Part shown: in pieces, positions 54,450-64,000 of the stretch | Layout: every line of letters begins with the position of its first letter | Position numbering within the stretch: position 1 is the stretch's first letter | NCBI GenBank assembly: GCA_951406725.2 | Contig: OX597826.1 | Coordinates: 31,744,001-31,808,000, forward strand | Length of the DNA: 64,000 nucleotides | From: Octopus vulgaris | Lineage: Eukaryota | Direction: 5' to 3' | Position numbers and translations under genes: made by a program | The notes under the pieces: model-generated | Database searches by the model: none | Seen by the model: the letters and a program-made list of their open reading frames with translations, nothing else | What the model was told of the DNA's origin: nothing

Positions 54450-55300
54450 AGTTTATGTAGAGTCCAGCTTTAAATTTTCAGCGACAGAACTATGTAATAT
54501 CTTGGATTTGATAAAATACTAATAGTAAGGGGAATTACTCTCTTAGCTTTCCTAAAACTGAGAAATTGAAAAACATTGACACGAAGTCAAATATTTTTAA
54601 TAATTATGTTTGAAAAAAAAAGACACTCAGACGTTCGTTGGAATTTTTCAATGAAATATTCCTCTTTAAGGGACATTCTGACACTTTCTCCGCTTCTGAT
54701 CTTTGTGCATGAATCGGCAGATTTACTCTTGCTTCAATAAAAGTATATTTCTTACGCGATTATGACAAAGAGTTATTCCCCTTTGCATTATTCTTTCCCT
54801 CGTGTTTGTACGGAGCTGTTTTACTGTTATTTGATAGGCATTTTCGATTTCATGATTTATTAGTGATAGCAGATATTTCTGGGCGCTTAATATCTAGTTT
54901 CTTCATCTTCGACTATCCTACCCATTTCTTAAGCTAAACAGTACGAGACATTTCTGTAAAGGGTTGTGTGACATATTTTGAATTTTAAATATTGATTTGC
55001 ATCAGTTATGTCGGCTTTTCAAAAACTATAAGTTTAAATTATTAGAATATACAGAAATGCTAATTCCAACATACATGTCTCTATTGTGAACATAATAGCC
55101 GTGGGCAGATCATTTGAAATATCAGAAAATTCTCGTACAGATTCCATCAGATTGTGTCTAAATAAAAATCTGTCACTTCGGTACCTTTCTTTTGCAATGT
55201 GCAGATGGCAAGTCCGTTTACATCTTGCTTTAGCTGTGTTTTCCATTCCATCCTCTTCCTCAGACAATTGTGAGGGTGTAATGACTAAAGAAGAAAAAGA
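54450..55300 (-). mobile_element. Penelope-like element remnant (RT thumb region)
   Basis: Minus strand ~54880-55010 reads TDANQYLKFKICHTTLYRNVSYCLA*EMGRIVEDEETR, resembling the PLE TD..QYL.F.SCHP...NIPY.LA.R..IV motif; boundaries approximate. Confidence 0.5.
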
Positions 55301-57915
55301 TGAGCTGAAGAATAAAAGAAGTTACCAACGGATGGAGCATACTGAGAATATAGAATAAGGATATTGGTCAAGTATATCTTCAGAGAAGCTGGCGATTTAT
55401 TGGTTAAGATAAACAAGATACATTTCAGATGTATGGAAAGACGAAGCTGACAGAAATGCTTCTTAAAACTTGAGCGGGAAGAAGGAAAGACTTAAAACAC
55501 AGGAAATTGTCGAGAAGTGAAGGTTTCTGGTGGAATAAACCTGAATTTTGATTGCTTGTTTCCATTTCTTTTGTTCGTTTAAGGATTTTGGTGGGAAAAT
55601 TCGTTTCCCATCGACATAAGCAAATGTACGGGAGTAACGAGTTGATGAAAATTTTCGGGTTTAAAATCAGATTTATAGACAATGAAATAATGTCAAGCCA
55701 AAATTTATTTAATTCACATCCAAATGAAAGAAAACTGATTATATGTAGAAGGCACAAAGCCAGTTCTAAATAATGCCGTCGGGGATGCCACAGACGAACC
55801 CTAGTAAAAATAGCACTCCTAAATTTGACGCCGCTATAAAACTAACAATTAACTACTGTACGTAGTTTTAAAGATGTAAATTTCAGAGCTGCAACAATTT
55901 GTAGCGGCACAAGGAGTCAGCGCCATATTGGATGAGATCTTGCAGCAGCCTTTGCCATCTCCGAGACTGGAGCAAGACCTCACCTGCATCCATTTGCCAA
56001 GCGCAAGATTACAACGAGGCTCGCGAAAGAAAACTATATAAAGAGAAAACCCTCTTCAAATCTCTCTTCTTTGGCGTCACCTCACGGCAGCGCTTGCTGA
56101 ACACACCACTGGCTGGAGGCAATTTGCACCCGCATCTCTTCGCCTGCCGGAAGCCTGAACTACATAAAGAACAAAAAGATGATGGAAGGGGACGATATTC
56201 CTCCGATATCGTAAACCTTGCTTTTCATTATTAAAAATTAACAAAACATAAATATAATTAGCTTGTTTCAGTAATTAGGATATATTTAATAATTTAATAT
56301 AAATATGAATACATTGAGTGGCTTAAATAGTTCAAGTTTACTAGGACACCAACAATTCATATTAGTGTACAAAGAGAAGGTCAATCTGGAAAATTCTGTA
56401 GCTTCCTAAGTGTTCAAACGTTGGTGATATTTGAGGTCAGTTCAGTAATATACTATGTTAATTATTCTGTGGTTATCATTAATTGAAAAAAGAGGGCCGT
56501 ATTTATGCTTTCAAGGTTCATCGAGTTAAGTAAGATATATTCTGTTAATGAACCTCTGGAATAATTACAAAATTAAGACTATAAGTAAAATGTGGATAAT
56601 GAGGGAATTCCAGAGATGGAAGGAATTAGTTTAATGGTGCAGCGTCTAGAGATATGCATAATATATGAACAAGAGAAGGGGAAAAGATTCTAGTTTGAAT
56701 TGCCTACGTATGAAATAATATTGCTTCGAGGATGAGAGACCTCTGAGAAGTAGCCGAAAGTAGAACCAGCAAATTTGTGAGCATTCAGGTGATCTTATTT
56801 GTGGTGAAGTCCACGATGTATCGTAGCAGCACTGCCCTGAATGTACCCCATTGTGGGTCTCATCTGAGATTTTTAGCGGGAGAATTGTAGCAAGGCAGCT
56901 ATGAAGTGCAATGATACCTGCAGATTAAGGACACTTTCCTATGTTGTGTATAAGAGGGATCGTCAAATCTAGCCCCTGTGTGGTTTTTGTAAATTCTGTT
57001 TACACCTTAGAAAGGATGGTGTTTCGACGCATAATTTCATGCCAAGTTGTGGAGTGACATCTATTTCGGATGTCTGTATCTGTGTTAGCAACGATTTCTT
57101 AGATATTCGCCCTTGCAAGTCTCAGCTGAGATGTTTTGAGGGAGCATTATGTGGGTTTTGAAGTATTTTCCTGCTCTGAAGATTAAGGACAGCCTATCTG
57201 ATGTATTCTCCGCTATGTTGAATATATTCAGCCGCCAGTAGAGTTCGTGAGGTCTAGACTTTGTAGCAATCCATTAACGTGATGGTGTTAGTCAGTGTGT
57301 AGTGTAGGACATTGCTAGGGATTGCATGTTTAGCCAGAAACGTTTCGTCTAAATGTTGATAAAACTTGGGTGTATAAGAGTAAACCCCAACAAAAGAAAA
57401 AATTTTATAAATGTACAGCAGACAGATTTCATGATGTGTCGATGTAATAATACGAGAGAAAATGAAAAATGAATTAAAAGTTGAACTAAAAGAAAATATA
57501 TTGCTTTTGTTTTTTTTATATATGGCATCATCGTGTTATGAATTATATAAAACATTAATGTTCAGATGCAAGATACGATAAATGACGAATACTGTTATAA
57601 TATATAGTTTCGAAGCCCACTTTTCAGATATATTGCCATCAAGGTTCCATCAAACCATTTTTCAGAACAATGAAAGTAAAATGTAGTTGATTCCCTTACC
57701 GCGTTGCATTGTATCACGTGAGCAAAGTCAGTATGTGGAACGTTCGAACACGAGTTACAAATTAACAATGAATCAATCGATTTTGTCTTCAATATTTTCA
57801 ATCGTAAAATATGAAGGGCGGACAAATTTTGAAACTGAAATTCTCCGATACATTTTGTCGTCGGATGCATTCTACGTTTATTTCCATCGTGAAAGTTTCT
57901 TGTTTTACCACAATA

Positions 57916-58129
57916 TCAGCTCTTCCAGTTGTCCAAATCTTCAAATGTTTGCGGTAAATCTCTATTTTTTGTTTCTGGTAATAACAGCAACAGTAATCCC
58001 GCTATCACTGCCAAAAGGCCGAAGATACTTAGAGGAAGCCATTTGACATAGGATGATAGTTGAAGTATGAAAGGTCCGCTTATGCTACCGATACGGGCAA
58101 AAAACGAAGCTAAACCTAATCCGTTGGCT
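57916..58129 (-). CDS. Gene C exon 9 (214 nt to TGA)
   Basis: Within ORF 57916..58164; polypyrimidine-cag acceptor at 58130-58140. Confidence 0.93.
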
Positions 58130-58913
58130 CTGAAAAAAAAAACATAAAACAGAATAATTAACATTATTATAGAGGTATTTTTAGTAGGACTCGATTATCT
58201 TTCATATATTTTAATAATTCAGTCATACACAGAGAAATAAAGATAGATACAAGGAATAATGCTAAGGCTGTTGGACATAATTATGTGCGACAACGTTGAT
58301 GAGAAATCCATCAATGCAAATAGCTTAACACTGGAAAATTATTAAACGTTAATTATTCACACATGTATTCTATTCGTACTTGGTACCTTTCTTGTTGTTT
58401 TAAGCCATTAGAATGACCAATAAAGAAGCATACGCACCCATACACACATATAGACATATATAAATACATATACATTAACAGGTATACTTATCCATTCTCA
58501 CGTATACACACAATATTAACAAACTAATATATGCGTTTATTAGATATATATACATAAGTACGTATACAAATAAATAAACATACACAAACATCTTCATACA
58601 CACATACATATGTATAATGGCTTAAAATAACAAAAAGGTAGAAAATGCTGGTAAAACATGTGAGTCATGAATTCAGTTATGACAATAAACAGTAAATCTG
58701 CTTACATCAAAGAATTAAAGGATTAAGCTTTGTTATATTTGAGAAGGGTCATTTTGCCAATAAAAACACGCACAATTTTATTTGATCTTCTCTTTAGCTT
58801 TATTCTGGTATAATAGTTAGCACAACGAGCAAAAAACCTATCGGCCTTTCCTCCGTCGCCATGTCCTGAGTTCAAATTACGCATTGTGTCTATAGTAGAA
58901 AGGATTATTATTA

Positions 58914-58975
<62 letters not shown>

Positions 58976-60339
58976 AAGGCTTATTTTTATCACGTGCTTT
59001 CACTGCACGGCTAATCGCGGCTCTGTGTGCATTGAGTATGAACTGTGATTTGTTGTGGTGCTTTCATTTTCATTGTATTGAAAGTGTTTTACGTGTGCAG
59101 TGCTTAGAGCTATGTTATATATACTTGTAAGTCCTGGTGTTTTTATTATGTATTTGTCTGAATGTTTTTTTCTATCATGCCTAATGCATCTACTATGACT
59201 GGAATTGTTTCTGTTTTTAGGCTCCACATTCGAGTTACAACTATTTCCAGATCTTTGTAGTTTGAAAGTTTCTCTGTTTCTTTTAGAAAAACATTGTCAT
59301 CGGTTGGTATTGATAAATCGATTAGAAGCATTTTTCTCTTGGTGATCTCTGATAACTATATCCTGCCTATTGGCCTTAATTTCTTTATCTGTGTGTATTA
59401 TCATATGCCAATTATTATTAATTCATTTATCAGAGTTCTTTCGTCACACATTCTGTGACCTCTTCAGTTACTGTCTGCTCCTCGTTTCTTCTTTCCTCTC
59501 TGGCCTTGTCTCCCCTATTTCATCTTGCCTTTCTGTCGGCCTTTATCTCTTTATTTTTTTTTTATATACTGTCCTAAATAGTCGCGAATTATTTGCTCAT
59601 GTTTTTATTCTCTCCCTACAAATTCCTTCTTGGAGACATTAGATTTATCGTTTAAATTGAAATGGTCCTGGTATTTTTTCTACTCTTTGTTTGACTGAAA
59701 ATTACTAACAATAATATAATTCAAAGGTATATATTATGCGATATGTTAGTATAATTCAGCAATCTCTATTTGTATGCGCCCATCCGAAGAAACGCAACTC
59801 GCAGTTGTTGTTAGAACAGCAATAATATCAATGACAGGATGCGGTATTTTATATGCTGCTCCAATAATATTTCTATTGGTGAAACTACGGTGAAACAGCT
59901 GTAGTGTTATGCAACGAAGTGTGTTGCTCAATCCACTTTCTGTTTCCCATATTTTTGAAAAAACTCTATGGATATCAAAGAATTGTCGATGTATATCAAG
60001 TGATATAGCAATCGAATTGAGTAACAGCGTTTGTTAACTGACACCTGACAGAAACTGAAAGAAACCCGTCGTATATATATATATATATATATATATTTAC
60101 ACATGCGGTCATGTGTGTGTCTTCGCGTATGTGTTTGAACCTCCAACACCCCAACACCACTTCACTACCGGTGTTGGTATATTTTTATGCCTGTCCCCAT
60201 AACTTACCAGCAAAAGAGACCGATATATTAAGTACCAGGCTTTAAAAAACGTAAGCCCTGGAGTCGATTTGTTTGACTAAAATCCTTCCAGGCGATACTC
60301 TGGCTTGGTTGCAGTCAAATAACTGAAAGAGTAAAGGAG

Positions 60340-60373
<34 letters not shown>

Positions 60374-60843
60374 ATATATGTATTTGTATACCATTTCTCC
60401 GTTTATTTTTCGTCCTTGTTCTCGTATACATTCGCTGCTTTCTTCCAAGGGATCTAGTGCTCTTAGCTAAGGTTTTTCCTTGGGGCTGGCCAGATTGGAG
60501 CAATCTCGAGTATAATCAGCCGAAATTGCAAAGATAATCTGGAAATCGACTGACGAAAAAACTCCAGATGACCCGTCCTTGTTTTTTTCTTATTCCTTTG
60601 TTGTATTATCTGTCTGGATGTTTTGCGTTCTTGTCCCATTTTTGTATTCTTTCTCATATAGATATAGTGGCGTACGTACATTTTGGTCTCATATGAAACG
60701 GATATAATGCACTGATACATGGACATCTTTGTTACTTATTTGCATTATGTACGTCTAACTTCGAGCTGTGCAGACAATACTGGACTGATTGGTGCCTCAA
60801 TTTAAGTTCCTACTTCAACTGAATCTCAATTATTTATTTTACA

Positions 60844-60941
<98 letters not shown>

Positions 60942-63730
60942 TGTATGTATGTATGTATGTATGTATGTATGTATGTATGTATGTATGTGTGTGTGTAGAG
61001 AGAGAGAGGGAGAGAGAGAGTGAGAAAGAGAGAGAGTGAGAGAGAGAGGACAGAGTAGAGAGATGGTGAAAAGTTAAATTCCTGGTAAAACAGCACCATA
61101 TTGAGTTTCTGAAAAGAGTGAGATGACAAAACACGCCGTTACATTTCAGTGTCGTGAGAGGTTAAGAGATACAGTGGGTTTGCAAAGACACACAACAATT
61201 CTGAAACATTATCTTTTCTCATTTTTCCACAAAAAAATTTCAACAAAATTTACCTCACAACTGTTGGAAATAATTCTGCTGATAAGAGATAAATTGAACC
61301 ATATGCCGAGGTGATTCCAAACTTTCCGAGGAGGACCAGGATCAGAGGAAACCAGAATGAACCTTAAATACAATAAAATAGAAGCTTAGACAATGCAATA
61401 TACAAGGTGCATTCCAGAGGTTTTGAGACTTTTTAGGTGAGACATTTATTAATCTCAAAGTACAAACCGCTAATCTCCATCAAAGTAACATCGTCTGACT
61501 TCGAATGTATCTCTTGTATTGCTTCTGCCACTTTCTGAAGACCCAATGGGAGACATCCAAATGGAAGGTGTCCAGGACCCTTGCAACAACCTTCAATTCA
61601 ATGTCTTCAAAACGGCTGTTCCTGAGGTTCTTCCTCAGTTTGAGCAACTACCAAACCTCACAGGAAGAAATATTTCGGCTGTAGACTGCGTAAGGGACGA
61701 TTCTGATGCCCATCTTTGTCAATTAGTTCATTAACAAACTGAAATTGTGACTAGCAGTGTTTAGCAGGTGCCTTTCAAAGTACTGTTATGGCCGTCCCCT
61801 TTAATTTCGAATAAAATTCGGCAGGTTAGCTTATTAAGTGTATAATAATAATGATTACTAAAATTACAGTAATTTTGGACAGTTATAACTTCCTCTCCTG
61901 AAAATGTCTCGGACCTTCTGGATGCCCATTGTATCTATATCATTTATAACATTCACCGTTTACTATTCATTCTGGAATCCGTAGTTCCACATTTGAGTCA
62001 CATTATCTAATATAAATATGTGTCTTCTGGCACCTAATCAAAATTTGTAAAAAAATATAATTGTTGGCTATAAAGATCGAAGGGTTTCAAATGTTCATAC
62101 CTTATATAATACAAAATCAATTAAGTATTAGTTTAATTAAAGACGAATATTTTGAGGATCTTTTGCATCATTACCGGAAAGAAATATTCAATTCAAGATT
62201 TTTAAGACAAAAAAAAATGATGGATCATGATTTTACAAAGTTATCATTTTGCTCGTCCCATTATCCAAAATTTAACGTTTAAATTATTCAGAATATAAAT
62301 AGTGTTATTAAATAAAATGGATAAAAATTGTTTAATAAAAATAATAAAGATACAACAGTTGACCAATGAACTGACAGAAGATAAAACATCACTGCTTTAC
62401 TAATTGTATGTTGGTGATTGCGCAGGAAATGTATGCAATCACGTGGTATATTTTAATCTAGTAACATTATGGTGAATACATTCTGTGATTCGATAGGAAA
62501 CTTTCTCTGCAATAGTCTTTACGATTTAATAAACTTGCATTTTAAGCTTATTTTGATAAGATAAGATACTGGTTTCAAATGTATATAAAATATAAAATAT
62601 GCGATGTACATTACCTTTGGTTACAAAATTTGACACAATGCAATTTAATCCACTGAACATCAGAAAGAAACAAATGGGCCTCCGGTGGTCAAAACGTTTA
62701 AACAAGCAGTAAGCAGCAAAAAGAGAAGGAAATTCCACGAAAGCTAATAACAGGAAGATTATATAGCGGTTTCCAGTCATGTCCACAGAATTAAGATTTA
62801 TTCCACAATATATCATACCGGCGACAAACCTGTAAAAGAATATCTTACAAATCATGTGACCAAATTTATGTTATTTACACCTGTATTGCAACTTTTGCAT
62901 TAGCATTAAAATATCAGAAAATATTTCAAACATATTTCTGTGTGAAACGCATACAGTATTATTTATATACCTACACTATGTATCTATAACAATTCGACAT
63001 ATTGTAAACTAAGATTATATCAGAGAAATCCAGCTTATCATAGTCTTCATCCAACAATAGTACAAACTTTTATATCTCCATCTACCTGAGAATCAACAGG
63101 TGTATTTAAAAAATCATTGACACCTCTAATGAGATTTGCAACTATTCCACTCATCGTATGGCTTGCCGTTATCCATACTCTGTAGACTATCAGTGGTAAT
63201 AACAGCTATTTCTTGCACATAATTATTTCGGATTGCAATAAGCATCGAACAACCCCTGGATTCATCAGAATGTACAGTTAACAATACAATCACAATGGCC
63301 AATGCCTCTCTTATCCTGTTATCCTCTTCCAAAACATTTATAACCTCCCGCTCCCTAACACTGATTATTCTAAATTAAATTCTAGATCCCCTTAAACATT
63401 TATAGTAATATTATTACACAAGCATTCAAAGAGACATGTAAAATATTAAGAGATCTTTACCAGCTAAAACAAATATTCACAGTGGTAAATGCAAGTCTCG
63501 GTCTTTTAAATAGATCAATAAAAGTATAATTGTTTTGAGCTAAGACTTTCTTCTCGGGTATATTTTCATGAAAACTGTTCTTTAATGACAATTCTTCCTC
63601 GTTATTTGGAAAAAGTTCTAATAAATCCTGATATCGTTTTTTATTTTTCTTCATTATTTTTCGAAAAAGTGCTTTTGCTTCTGTAGAACGTTTTCTTCCA
63701 ATAAGCCATCTTGGAGATTCAGGGAGAAAT
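57916..63730 (-). CDS. SLC22: SLC22-family organic solute transporter, paralogue C (3' half, exons 6-9; 5' exons lie past the right edge)
   Basis: Minus-strand exons 63461-63730, 62615-62829, 61254-61362 and 57916-58129 with GT-AG junctions. Exons 6-8 match gene B sizes (270, 215, 109) and exon 9 is 214 nt; ends [21 protein letters not shown]. Confidence 0.94.
58972..59410 (-). mobile_element. Short 3' fragment of the same R4/Dong LINE family, in gene C intron 8
   Basis: [43 protein letters not shown] matches ~14060-14200; (TTA)n tract ~58905-58971. Confidence 0.88.
60048..60338 (+). mobile_element. SINE family 1, 3' portion, in gene C intron 8
   Basis: gaaactgaaagaaacccgtcg...gcaaaagagaccgat...gcagtcaaataactgaaa. 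Confidence 0.72.
61254..61362 (-). CDS. Gene C exon 8 (109 nt)
   Basis: [36 protein letters not shown]. Confidence 0.93.
61401..61933 (-). mobile_element. Duplicated copy of the intron-7 mariner in gene C
   Basis: Reverse complement of 39515-40038 at the equivalent intronic position. Confidence 0.8.
62615..62829 (-). CDS. Gene C exon 7 (215 nt)
   Basis: FVAGMIYCG...VEFPS...NFVTK; lies within ORF 62526..62855. Confidence 0.93.
63461..63730 (-). CDS. Gene C exon 6 (270 nt)
   Basis: FLPESPRWL...DLFKRPRL...CFSW; TG|gtaaag donor. Confidence 0.93.
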
Positions 63731-64000
63731 CTGAAAATGATCAGTAAAAAAGGCGAGCTCGAAAAATAATTTGCTTATAAGATATTAAGCATGAAGATCA
63801 TAGCTTTGGACATAATAACCATACACACAAATTACACATATTTATATATGTATGTTCTCTTTCTAGTATAGAGTTAATTTCAACTGGCCACCTACTTCAC
63901 AGCTTTTTTGTAAAGGGAAGCATCTTGTTTTGTTTGTCACCCTTTAAAGTTTAAGGTCTTATAGATATCATGATCACTTGTAGTGTATGAATTAAGGATT

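Larger units (their letters stand above)
57381..64000 (-). repeat. Right arm of the inverted segmental duplication
   Basis: Near-identical reverse complement of the 3' half of gene B; ~58660-60840 is specific to this copy. Confidence 0.93.

Noticed and set aside
59425-59475. Minus-strand CTGAAGA-hairpin-GAAA hammerhead candidate
   Set aside because: Core and stem II are present but no stem I pairing could be found.

Overview
Eukaryotic, AT-rich, microsatellite-dense DNA. The SINE families and repeat landscape point to a cephalopod, probably Octopus (inference). The window holds three spliced SLC22-family (organic cation/anion/zwitterion, MFS) transporter paralogues arranged A(-) / B(+) / C(-). 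Gene A shows exons 1-5 and runs off the left edge. Gene B is complete, with 9 coding exons and a 1-nt homopolymer frameshift in the last one. Gene C shows exons 6-9 and runs off the right edge. The 3' halves of B and C form a recent inverted duplication whose introns still align. The strongest signal is that amino-acid differences between paralogues concentrate in the predicted pore-lining helices (TM1, TM4, TM5, TM7, TM8), while the large extracellular loop and neighbouring introns stay nearly identical. This suggests substrate-pocket diversification against a background of homogenisation. The rest of the window is transposon debris: R4/Dong-type LINEs in (TAA)n repeats, an RTE LINE, mariner/maT/Tigger remnants, Helitron- and hAT-like elements, three tRNA-derived SINE families, Penelope-like remnants with decayed hammerhead-like motifs, and a 204-bp nested palindrome. 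All calls come from reading the sequence by eye; no database search was run.
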